Shown here piece after piece: positions 7,772-16,219 of a DNA stretch of 30,170 nt. Location of the stretch: IMG/VR virus record IMGVR_UViG_3300037751_000524, positions 1 to 30,170 of that record; one strand, given 5' to 3'. Source of the stretch: a virus (taxonomy: Duplodnaviria; Caudoviricetes). The notes beneath the pieces are model-generated. The model searched no databases and was not told where the DNA came from. It saw only the letters and a list, made by a program, of their open reading frames with translations. A program made the translations under genes and the position numbers. Positions within the stretch are counted from its first letter, which is position 1, and every line of letters begins with the position of its first letter.

Positions 7772-10700
7772 GTTCCAATTCGTGGGGCCCGCTCGCCCTC
7801 GGCATCATCGTCGGGCTGCTGACCTGGTGGACGGGCTACGGCTTCGCCATCGGCTTCGCCATCGGCTCGATGGCCGGCTCCCTGATTTTTGCGCCGAGCA
7901 CCCCGACCATCGACGGGCCGAGCCTGCAAGACCGCCGGGTGCAAAAATCCGAGTACGGGGCACACCTGCCGGTCATCTGGGGCTGGATGCGGACGACGGG
8001 AAACGTCGAATGGGTCAAGGGCAACCAGCTCGACGAGCGCATCCGCAGGATCAAGCAGGGCGGCCAGAAAATCCGCATCCGGGAATATTTCGCCACCTTC
8101 CTGGTCCTGGTGGCCGACTGCACGGACGGGGTGGGCATCGACGGCGTCGCAAAAATCTGGCTCAACCATGAGTTGGTGTACGACTTTTCCGTACAGCCGG
8201 TTTTCGACCCCACCACGGGGACCCTGATCGACAAGCTGGCGGCGGTAAAGATGCCGGGCATCACGTTCCGGATTCTGGACGGGACGCAGAGCGCCGCCGA
8301 CGACCTGATCGTCGCCGACCTCGGCGCCGGCAACGTCCCGGCCTATACCGGGCGGTCGGGGGTGCTGTTTGTCGATTTGCCCCTGGAGAAATACGGCAAC
8401 TCCATCCCCACGGTGGAGATGCTGGTGGTCCGCAAATGCGGCACCGCCTACCCGCCGACGGTGGACCTCGACCCTGGCTCCAGCCTCGATGCGCAGTGGC
8501 ACCGGGGCGACGTGGACCAGGCGACGGGTTATATCTGGTACCTCTCCGACAGTGACTTGCCCGGGGAGGTCACGGTTCTCGACCCGGTGTCCGAGACGGT
8601 GGTGGCGACCATCGGTCTGGGTCTGATCCGGCAACCTTCGTCATCGCAAGACGAGGAGGCGCTCGGCATCGGCATCGACTACATCGAACGGACCGCCGTG
8701 GTGAGCTGCTACCCCGGCTGGGGGGCGGGGCTCGGTGAGCCGCCCATCGTGGGGACCCACCGCATTGACATCGATATGGACACCTATCAAGTTGTCGGCC
8801 GACAGACGGTGGAAATCGGCTATCTCAATTCCATCATCTACAAAACGGGCGGGTTTTTCGCGCAGAGCAAACAGAAATCATACGTCTTCGGGGGGCACAC
8901 GGCCCTTGGTTTCGTCAAGGACGGACCATTGGATGTGGTCACCGGCCCGGCCGGATATCACGCCGCGCAGGAGCTGGCCCGGTGGCAAGACATGTCGGGG
9001 AAAATCTACACCCGCCCGGTCTGGCTGGGACCGGCTGAAGACGGCGAGGTCCCGCCGACGATGGATGAGGGCGATTACTGGTACGTGGTTGGCATGATCA
9101 ACTATCTCCGGGTGTATTCATCGGGTTGGATTCTGGTGGCCCATTTTCGCGCGGTCGAGTGGGTAGATCAAGGGGCCCCGAGGTGGTGCTGGGACTACAA
9201 CCGGAATTATCTCTACACATGGGACCCGTCCAACGTGGGGAGTTTCGTTTACCGGCTCGACCTCAGCGAGGACTTGCCGGGTGCGGTAAAAATCGACCTG
9301 CCCCACGACTGTGGCGGCCTCGGCTATGACGGGGAGTCCGATACGCTCTTTATCGGCAGCTCGAGCGGGCTTTATGTCTACCGGGCTTCCGATTTTACGC
9401 TCATCGAATCCCGCACGGGAATCAACGCGACCGGCGAGCTTTACGCCCCGTCGACGGCGGCCGGGTGGGTGGTTCGAAACTCGGACCTGAACAAGGTTTA
9501 TTATCACCAGCAGTTCGATACCGAGGGGCCGCCGCTCTCCACCGTCGTCGCGGACGTGCTCTCGACCGTCTCCGAGTTCGAGTTGGCCGACTTCGACGTG
9601 ACGGCTCTGACGCAGAGGGTCGGCGGCTACGCCTCCGGTCAGTCGCCCAGGGGCACGATCGACCCGCTGCGGCAGCTCTACCGTTTCGATTTGGTCGAGG
9701 TGGATCATCAGCTCAAGGCGGTCAACCGCGGCGGCGCTCCCGTGGCGATCATCGACTGGGACGACCTCGGCGCCTATGCCGACGGCAAGCCGGCCCCGGC
9801 GGTCACCATCACCCGCCGGCAGGAGGTCGAGCTGGCAAAATCCATGACGCTGACCTACATGGACCCGGCGATGGATTACCAGGACAGCACCCAGCGGGCC
9901 ACGAAGATCCAAACGCAGAGCGACCATCACATCGATGCCAAGCTGCCGGTCGTCCTGTCCGCCGACGAAGCGGCGCGGACGGTCGAAATCCTGCTGCACC
10001 AGGACTGGCTGGCGCGGACGGGCTATGCGATCAGTCTGCCGCCCAAATACGCGGACCTCTCGCCCGGCGATGTCATCAGCATCCCGCAGGACGAAACGGA
10101 GTCGAATTTTTATACCGCGCTCGCCTCGGAGATGACCCTGGCCCCGGACTGGATGGTGTCGCTCAAGGGCGTGCGGGACCAGCCGGACATCTACACCTCG
10201 GCCGCCACCGGCGCGGCGGGCAGCTACACGCCGCCCACGGTGATCATCCCCTATCCCTCGCGGTTGGAGCTGCTGGATATCAACCCATGGACGCCCGTCA
10301 CCGGGTATTTCGTCGCCGTCTCCCCGACGCGTTACCCCTGGCCGGGGGCGGACGTGCTGGAGTCGGCGGCGCTGGCCGGTCCCTACGATGCGATAGCGAC
10401 GACGACCGATGCTGCCGTGATGGGCTCTGCGGTCACGGCCCTCGCGTCGGCGTCCCCCTGGCGGACGGATTACGACAACAGCGTGACGGTCAGGCTGGCC
10501 GATCCGGCGGCGGTGCTCACGTCGGGTCTGGCCCTGATCGGGGACGAGATCATCCATTTTTCAAGCGCCGAGCAAAACGGGCAGGAGTGGACACTCTCCA
10601 CCCTGTTGCGGGGCCGCAAGGGGACCGACACCGGCATGACGCACGCCGCCGGGGAGCGCTTTGTCTTGCTGGATGACAACGTGTTCGCCATCTCACAGCC

Positions 10701-11118
10701 GGTCTCCGAGCTGGACGTTGCCCACTACTTCCGCGCGGTCACCAGGGGCCAGCGGGAGGAGACGGTCTCGCCCATCACCTTTACCAACGGTTTCAACTGC
10801 CTCAAGCCCTGGAGCCCGAAACAGGCCGTTGCCACCATCGGCTCGGATACAGTCCTGGACTGGGAGCGCAGCGACCGGCTGACGACCAACTGGCACCTGG
10901 CCGTTGACCTGCCGCTATCGGAAGCCTCGGAGGCCTACGAGGTGGACATCCTCGATACGGACGGCGAGGTGATCCGCACGGCCACCGGCATCACCGCCAG
11001 CACCTGGACCTATACGAGCGCCATGAAAACGACGGACAGCGATGCCGGGGAGACGGCGAAAATTTACCAGATTTCAGCGACAGTGGGCCGGGGCTACCCG
11101 GCCACCGTCGCCATTTAG
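7768..11118 (+). CDS. Large tail tip/host-specificity protein (GTA g15-like, Phage-tail_3 region)
   Basis: SEYGAHLPVIWG, VPAYTG, LPLEKYGNSIP, YMDPAMDYQ, LLRGRKGT, HAAGERFVLLD, PLSEASEAYEVDI, YQISATVGRG. Confidence 0.88.
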   Translation: MSSNSWGPLALGIIVGLLTWWTGYGFAIGFAIGSMAGSLIFAPSTPTIDGPSLQDRRVQKSEYGAHLPVIWGWMRTTGNVEWVKGNQLDERIRRIKQGGQKIRIREYFATFLVLVADCTDGVGIDGVAKIWLNHELVYDFSVQPVFDPTTGTLIDKLAAVKMPGITFRILDGTQSAADDLIVADLGAGNVPAYTGRSGVLFVDLPLEKYGNSIPTVEMLVVRKCGTAYPPTVDLDPGSSLDAQWHRGDVDQATGYIWYLSDSDLPGEVTVLDPVSETVVATIGLGLIRQPSSSQDEEALGIGIDYIERTAVVSCYPGWGAGLGEPPIVGTHRIDIDMDTYQVVGRQTVEIGYLNSIIYKTGGFFAQSKQKSYVFGGHTALGFVKDGPLDVVTGPAGYHAAQELARWQDMSGKIYTRPVWLGPAEDGEVPPTMDEGDYWYVVGMINYLRVYSSGWILVAHFRAVEWVDQGAPRWCWDYNRNYLYTWDPSNVGSFVYRLDLSEDLPGAVKIDLPHDCGGLGYDGESDTLFIGSSSGLYVYRASDFTLIESRTGINATGELYAPSTAAGWVVRNSDLNKVYYHQQFDTEGPPLSTVVADVLSTVSEFELADFDVTALTQRVGGYASGQSPRGTIDPLRQLYRFDLVEVDHQLKAVNRGGAPVAIIDWDDLGAYADGKPAPAVTITRRQEVELAKSMTLTYMDPAMDYQDSTQRATKIQTQSDHHIDAKLPVVLSADEAARTVEILLHQDWLARTGYAISLPPKYADLSPGDVISIPQDETESNFYTALASEMTLAPDWMVSLKGVRDQPDIYTSAATGAAGSYTPPTVIIPYPSRLELLDINPWTPVTGYFVAVSPTRYPWPGADVLESAALAGPYDAIATTTDAAVMGSAVTALASASPWRTDYDNSVTVRLADPAAVLTSGLALIGDEIIHFSSAEQNGQEWTLSTLLRGRKGTDTGMTHAAGERFVLLDDNVFAISQPVSELDVAHYFRAVTRGQREETVSPITFTNGFNCLKPWSPKQAVATIGSDTVLDWERSDRLTTNWHLAVDLPLSEASEAYEVDILDTDGEVIRTATGITASTWTYTSAMKTTDSDAGETAKIYQISATVGRGYPATVAI

Positions 11119-11126
11119 GAGGCACC

Positions 11127-11537
11127 ATGCCCTTGCCCGATCTCGGCACCACGCACAGCCTGAAAGAATTGCAGCACCCGCAGGACAACCCCGATGTCAC
11201 GGTCAACGACATGCGCGACCAGCTCGGGGCGATGGCCGGTGCTGCCCGGCTGGCGAAGAACCTCACCGCCGATGCCGACTACACCCTCGACACCGCCGCC
11301 GGCAGCCGCGAGGACCTCTACGGGCTGGTGAAAATCACCGACACCGGGGCGGTGCTGACCACGGGGCGAAACGTCATCGTGCCGACGCGGGTGCAGGTGC
11401 GTTTTGTCGAGAACGCCACGGCGCAGACACTGACGGTCAAAACGGCTGCCGGCACCGGCGAGGCGCTGACCGCCGGGCAAAAGGGCTGGTTGCTGTGCGA
11501 CGGGACCAACGTCGTCAAACTCGTTTCGGACTGGTAA
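11127..11537 (+). CDS. Tail-associated protein
   Basis: RBS AGGAGG; beta-rich sequence ending CDGTNVV; follows the tip gene. Confidence 0.6.
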   Translation: MPLPDLGTTHSLKELQHPQDNPDVTVNDMRDQLGAMAGAARLAKNLTADADYTLDTAAGSREDLYGLVKITDTGAVLTTGRNVIVPTRVQVRFVENATAQTLTVKTAAGTGEALTAGQKGWLLCDGTNVVKLVSDW

Positions 11538-11546
11538 GGAGACCCC

Positions 11547-11894
11547 ATGTCGGAAGGCACACACAAAAACCTCGTCGCCCCCGCCGGGCTCTACGTCCCC
11601 CTGGCCCTCTCGACCCCGCAGGACTTCAGCGCCTGGCCGTTCAAGAGCTGGGTCTTCGACCCGGCCGCCCCCGCCGTCGCCCTCGACGAGATCACCGTCA
11701 CCGTCGACTACACCAACCGCCAGATCATCCCCAGCCTGCCCGAGGCCGACGCGCAGGCGCTGATCCCCGCAGGGGCGACGGAGGTTGATCTCGCCTACAT
11801 CGTCTACGCCAAGCCGGCCGGCGCCGTGGTGGTGCGCGCCTTCTACGGCAGCCTCAAGATCCTGCTCGCCGGGCCGCCGTCGGGGATCGCATGA
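11547..11894 (+). CDS. Hypothetical virion-associated protein
   Basis: RBS AAGGAG, high-GC codon usage, operon position. Confidence 0.55.
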   Translation: MSEGTHKNLVAPAGLYVPLALSTPQDFSAWPFKSWVFDPAAPAVALDEITVTVDYTNRQIIPSLPEADAQALIPAGATEVDLAYIVYAKPAGAVVVRAFYGSLKILLAGPPSGIA

Positions 11895-11980
11895 TCTGGC
11901 CGCCCGCCCCCGTAGGCCGCCTGATCTGGCCGCCCGCGCCCGCCGCCGTGTGGGTCTGGCCGCCCGCGCCCGCCGCCACC
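11891..11980 (+). repeat. Three imperfect 30-bp tandem repeats
   Basis: Core TCTGGCCGCCCGC(C/G)CCCG recurs in units starting 11891, 11921 and 11951. Confidence 0.85.
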
Positions 11981-12088
11981 CTGCACCTGCCGAATTTTCC
12001 GGACGGACCGCCCGGCGATCCGGTCACCCTGACCCTGGCCGACGGCACGCCCCTGACGCTTTCCGACGGCACACCCCTGACGATATGA
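11891..12088 (+). CDS. Small Pro-rich repeat protein
   Basis: ATGA overlap; (I/V)WPPAP x3 and LTLxDGTP x2. Confidence 0.45.
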   Translation: MIWPPAPVGRLIWPPAPAAVWVWPPAPAATLHLPNFPDGPPGDPVTLTLADGTPLTLSDGTPLTI

Positions 12089-12096
12089 GGCGCCCC

Positions 12097-13836
12097 ATGA
12101 GACATCTGCTGATACTTGCGCTGCTGGCCGCCACCGCCCTGCCGGCGCGCGCCGATTGGGTGAGCGACATCCTGAGCCGCGGCGGCACCGCCGCCACCGT
12201 CGGCGACACCAACCGGGTCATGATCGACCAGGCCGGCACCACCCGGCTGATGCCGCGCAGCCTGCTGCTGCAGGGCTATTTGACGCAGACGGCGGGGGAT
12301 GCCCGCTACAGCCTGCTGACGCACGGCCACGCCGGCACCTACGAGCTGCTGCTGGCCTGTTCGGAGGGACAGATCAAAAAATGGTCTGCCGGCGCGTGGA
12401 TATGCGCGGCAGACGCGGGCGGCGACGACCTCGGCAGCGCCACGGCTGGCGATGTTTCTGCTCTGTTCAGCGGAACCGGGGACTACCTGCGCAGCGACGG
12501 GACCAAGGGAACGCCCTCGGGAACCGGCGCGGTCGATAGTGTTTTCACCCGCACCGGGGCAGTTACGGCCACCACGGGCGACTACACCGCCGACCAGATC
12601 ACGCAGACGGCAACCCGCGAGTTTGTCACCCCGGCACAGAAAACGAAATTGGACGGCATCGCTGCGGGCGCTGAGGTCAACGTCAACCCCGACTGGGCAG
12701 CGGTCAGCGGTGATGCACAAATACTCAATAAGCCGACTCTAGGGACGGCCGCCGACAACGCGGAAGGGGATTTCGCCACCGAGGCTCAAGGATCTCTGGC
12801 CGACACCGCCCTGCAACCGGCCGGCGACGGCTCGGGGCTTACGGGCATTACGGCGGGGCAGGTAGGGGCGTTGCCGGATACCACCACCACCGTTGCGGCC
12901 TTACTGCAATATGGGTACACGTTTTCATTCCGCGCTGATTCCCCGGCCTGTGACAGCGGTCATGTTGACTATGCCACCGTCAACGCTTGGTTGGCCGCTC
13001 GGGACATCAACGACACCAACATCTCCTGTGACAGCGGCTTTGCTGCCACAAATACTGTAGTCATCACTGGCATCAGCGGGACGGGCTCCGTTGCAACGAT
13101 CAGCATGACCGGCCAGCGCAATGTGACTGCAGGACTGAGCGGCATATTTGGCACAGGGGCATTGGCATCCATCGGGGTATCTACGGGAGGGAGCGCAACA
13201 GCAGGGTTGAGCGGAGTATCTGGTACGGGGGTAGTTGCCTCACTTAGCATCACCGGTCAGCGAAGCGACACAGCCGGGATATTGGGTGTATCCGGTACGG
13301 GCGCAGTTGCTTCCATCGGTGTGACGATTGCTGCCGACGGCACGGTGGCGCTTAGCGGCGTGAGCGGGACGGGGGCACTCGGGACGGTTGCTGCAACTTC
13401 CGGCGGGGCACCACCAGATCATACCACTACTTGGGAAACGGGCAATGATGGTTGGACTCTTGTTCCGGGACCAGATACCCCGGCAATACCGTGGGGGCGC
13501 ATTACAGGGCAGCAGTATGCTGGGTCTTACTCCCTTGCCTTGTCCGGTACGGACGATGGCGCAGAGGGGTATACGAGCGGCTACATCGAGCAGACCTTTG
13601 CTAATGTCACAACCGGGAACATTACCCTATACGCCAAGGCCTTTGCCGGGTTCACTGACTTGCACATATATCGCAACGGAGTATCCATAGGAACACTTAC
13701 CTCGATTGGTACCACCTACACGCAAAAGACCATCGCCATTACAGGTGGCACCAGCATCACCATCAGAATAGAGTCTAATTTCGCTGAAGCGGATGGAACT
13801 CATATCGATGAAATTGTGATTCCGGGTGGTGGTTAA
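12097..13836 (+). CDS. Tail fibre-like protein with N-terminal signal peptide
   Basis: MRHLLILALLAATALPARA|D; fibre-type motifs VDSVFTRTGAV, KLDGIAAGAEVNV, ILNKPTLGTAA; five GxSGTGxxAS repeats; C-terminal beta-rich domain. Confidence 0.7.
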   Translation: MRHLLILALLAATALPARADWVSDILSRGGTAATVGDTNRVMIDQAGTTRLMPRSLLLQGYLTQTAGDARYSLLTHGHAGTYELLLACSEGQIKKWSAGAWICAADAGGDDLGSATAGDVSALFSGTGDYLRSDGTKGTPSGTGAVDSVFTRTGAVTATTGDYTADQITQTATREFVTPAQKTKLDGIAAGAEVNVNPDWAAVSGDAQILNKPTLGTAADNAEGDFATEAQGSLADTALQPAGDGSGLTGITAGQVGALPDTTTTVAALLQYGYTFSFRADSPACDSGHVDYATVNAWLAARDINDTNISCDSGFAATNTVVITGISGTGSVATISMTGQRNVTAGLSGIFGTGALASIGVSTGGSATAGLSGVSGTGVVASLSITGQRSDTAGILGVSGTGAVASIGVTIAADGTVALSGVSGTGALGTVAATSGGAPPDHTTTWETGNDGWTLVPGPDTPAIPWGRITGQQYAGSYSLALSGTDDGAEGYTSGYIEQTFANVTTGNITLYAKAFAGFTDLHIYRNGVSIGTLTSIGTTYTQKTIAITGGTSITIRIESNFAEADGTHIDEIVIPGGG

Positions 13837-13837
13837 C

Positions 13838-15280
13838 ATGAGATACTTAACCGGACTACTTCTGTTGCTGACTTTTGCCGTAACAGCGTCAGCTACCGAA
13901 CTTTTACAGCACGCAGGCTCGCCGCTAGCGACCCTCGGGGTTCAGTCCAGCACCGCGCAGCTACAGGCTAATCACCCATCAGTTATCGACTTTCTAACGG
14001 AATACGGAATTGCCGAATGGCCTGTTGGACACGCTGACGCTCACCGTTTTTGGGCAGTCTACACGTCAGACGAGGATTGTGTCACGGGGGCTTTGCCGGA
14101 AAATATCTACATTCAGGTCAGTGATGACGGTGTCACTTGGGATGAGTCGCCAGCGGGACTTGCCTTGAATGGCAGCGAGACACAAAAGCGGCTAACCAGT
14201 TTTGGCGTTTGCAATCCCGCATACCTTGGGGAAAAGCAGCGAAACGTTGCAGACCCAGCCATCATCTACGACCAGTGGGACGATCAGCTAATTGTGTTCG
14301 GTATCTCCGAAGAATGGACCAGCCCAGCAAGCAGCGATTTTCAGGCATACATCACACGGCAGACAATATCAAACCAGCTTGTTGTCGGAACATTGGCGCA
14401 TCTGGCGAGCACGGGACCCACATGGAACTATGATAATCCTTGGCTTTCTCCGGGGGTAGTTTACGAGAGCCAGAACCACCTGCACATGTGGACAGTGGCC
14501 TATGGATTACACGAAATTTACCACCTGGAGTCTACAAACAACGGCTTAACCTGGGGTGCTGCGTCACTGTGCGGACCCAATACTAATGCTTTTTGGACGA
14601 ACCACTATCCCTTTCATCTTGAGGCTAAAACCAGACCCGAAGGTGGCGGTATAGTCGATTTGCTAATTATGAGCGAACCTGCAAACGGGGATTATGGTGA
14701 TTTTGCTTCGTTACTCCCTATGCAAACAACGCTTACCGCGCCGACCACTCTATCGGCTCCGCTTGCAATTGACACTATACTTGACAAACCGGCTGGAACA
14801 ACCGCCCCACAATGGGATAAGGGGCTATATCGCTCAGCCTTCGTGCCGCGCTGGGAAAACCACGAATTGCATTTCGATGTTTGGTATGACGGCGTTGTCC
14901 AGTTTTACATCTATGACCGTGTAGGCTTCACTTCTGGGGGATTGGGTATTTTCAACGGACCATCTGTCTATAATAATCGTTCTGCAGGAGCTTATTCACT
15001 AGGGACTACAATAGCCCTTTCTATTCCTGTGGGTAGCACAGCAGACATTATTGAGTACGGGTGGGGGTCAACGGAACCAGCAACGCCAGACACCTACTCA
15101 AGCCCCGTTACATTACAAGAAGCCATGTTCTGGTGGCGTGGGGTTGATGGGGTAACGCCGGGAGATTGGCAATCGGCAGCATACACATTTCTCCCTCCAA
15201 GGTTAGATCGTCTCGGCAACCCACTCACTCGCACCGACAGAAACGGCAACCCCATTACCAGCGCCCCACGGGGCCAATAA
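13838..15280 (+). CDS. Asp-box (BNR) beta-propeller, sialidase/glycoside hydrolase-like, with signal peptide
   Basis: MRYLTGLLLLLTFAVTASA; Asp-boxes VSDDGVTW and STNNGLTW; visibly lower GC. Confidence 0.65.
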   Translation: MRYLTGLLLLLTFAVTASATELLQHAGSPLATLGVQSSTAQLQANHPSVIDFLTEYGIAEWPVGHADAHRFWAVYTSDEDCVTGALPENIYIQVSDDGVTWDESPAGLALNGSETQKRLTSFGVCNPAYLGEKQRNVADPAIIYDQWDDQLIVFGISEEWTSPASSDFQAYITRQTISNQLVVGTLAHLASTGPTWNYDNPWLSPGVVYESQNHLHMWTVAYGLHEIYHLESTNNGLTWGAASLCGPNTNAFWTNHYPFHLEAKTRPEGGGIVDLLIMSEPANGDYGDFASLLPMQTTLTAPTTLSAPLAIDTILDKPAGTTAPQWDKGLYRSAFVPRWENHELHFDVWYDGVVQFYIYDRVGFTSGGLGIFNGPSVYNNRSAGAYSLGTTIALSIPVGSTADIIEYGWGSTEPATPDTYSSPVTLQEAMFWWRGVDGVTPGDWQSAAYTFLPPRLDRLGNPLTRTDRNGNPITSAPRGQ

Positions 15281-15291
15281 GGAGACTCACC

Positions 15292-15879
15292 ATGAACAGA
15301 ATCCTCAGTATCACCCTCGCCCTGCTGCTGATTGCCGGCAGCGCCTTCGCAGCCTGTACGCAGGCATTCCCGACTTCTGCCAAGCAGGAGTTTCTGACCG
15401 GCACTCACGACAGCGCCGACATCTACAAAATTGCGTTCTTCACCGACACGGCAACATGGGGAGCGGCAACCACGGCTTACGCTGCCACCAATGAAGTCAC
15501 CGGCACCGGCTACACTGCTGGCGGCTTTGCGGTTGTTCCGACTGCTGGCGCAGCCACCACTACGGGCATCATCGATTTTGCCGATATCGCCCCGACGACG
15601 GTAACGTTTGCCGCCGCTTCGACTTGCGCCATGATCTACAACACCAGCAAGACCAACAAAATCTTGGGCGTCTTTACCTTCACCAGCGTTCAACCTTCGG
15701 CGGGGACTCTGACCGTGGATTTCCCGGCTTCCGGTGCTTCGACCTCGACGATCCGTATTGCCGATATTTGGAATTGGCTGCTGCCTTCGGCGTATGCTGA
15801 TGAGTACGTGACCCGAAGAGATGCGCAGGTGGAGATCATCGGCGTCTCGGCCCTTGCTGAGGCAGCAGGGTTCAGGTAG
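15292..15879 (+). CDS. Phage structural-type protein with signal peptide
   Basis: RBS AAGGAG; MNRILSITLALLLIAGSAFA; core TSAKQEFLTGTHD...YKIAFFT...TTAYAATNEVTGTGYTAGG resembles a widespread phage virion protein. Confidence 0.65.
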   Translation: MNRILSITLALLLIAGSAFAACTQAFPTSAKQEFLTGTHDSADIYKIAFFTDTATWGAATTAYAATNEVTGTGYTAGGFAVVPTAGAATTTGIIDFADIAPTTVTFAAASTCAMIYNTSKTNKILGVFTFTSVQPSAGTLTVDFPASGASTSTIRIADIWNWLLPSAYADEYVTRRDAQVEIIGVSALAEAAGFR

Positions 15880-15918
15880 CAGACCCGGCCCCTCTCCGGA
15901 GGGGCAAAAGGAGGCACA

Positions 15919-16110
15919 ATGACCTGTGGCAGAGTCCGACCAGACGGCACATGTTTCCTGACCCTGAAAAAGTCGGAATGCCCCTGTTACCGACGCAACC
16001 CTGACAGCGTGTACGCGCCGCGGGCGGATGCGTTCGATGGGTCCTGTAAAGCCCGAGAGCAAGTAGCCAAGCGCCCCCTCTTGCAGGGGGGCATGTCTGA
16101 AATTGTCTGA
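15919..16110 (+). CDS. Small Cys-rich hypothetical protein
   Basis: RBS AGGAGG, 63 aa, five Cys. Confidence 0.45.
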   Translation: MTCGRVRPDGTCFLTLKKSECPCYRRNPDSVYAPRADAFDGSCKAREQVAKRPLLQGGMSEIV

Positions 16111-16113
16111 AAT
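16094..16113. repeat. Tandem 10-bp repeat, putative integrase arm-type sites
   Basis: TGTCTGAAAT x2 beside the att core; related TGTCAGACAT at 16261-16270 on the other side. Confidence 0.55.
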
Positions 16114-16125
16114 TCCGCAACAGAA

Positions 16126-16154
16126 AAGGGGTTGGCCGTAACGGCTAACCCCTT
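16126..16154. terminator. Hairpin, probably a bidirectional terminator downstream of the tRNA fragment
   Basis: AAGGGGTTGGCCGT-A-ACGGCTAACCCCTT with A-run upstream and T-run downstream. Confidence 0.65.
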
Positions 16155-16160
16155 GATTTT

Positions 16161-16210
16161 TGGTCGGGACGGCAGGATTCGAACCTGCGACCCCCTGCTC
16201 CCGAAGCAGG
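16161..16210 (-). other. attP: attP core: 3' part of tRNA-Pro(CGG)
   Basis: Minus strand CCTGC-TTCGGGA-GCAGG GGGTC GCAGG-TTCGAAT-CCTGC CGTCCCG ACCA = anticodon arm, T arm and CCA; no 5' half; 9 bp from the integrase stop. Confidence 0.9.
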
Positions 16211-16219
16211 AATTTGATA

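Noticed and set aside
6233-10676. Long alternative-frame and antisense ORFs (446, 316, 479, 403 aa)
   Set aside because: Arg/Pro/Gly-rich shadows of high-GC coding sequence overlapping well-supported tail genes
11785-15879. Diversity-generating retroelement acting on tail fibres
   Set aside because: No reverse transcriptase and no TR/VR pair differing at adenines seen; the 65-bp repeat is in int, not a fibre gene
16161-16210. Functional tRNA gene
   Set aside because: D arm and 5' acceptor strand are missing; the upstream sequence is the integrase 3' end
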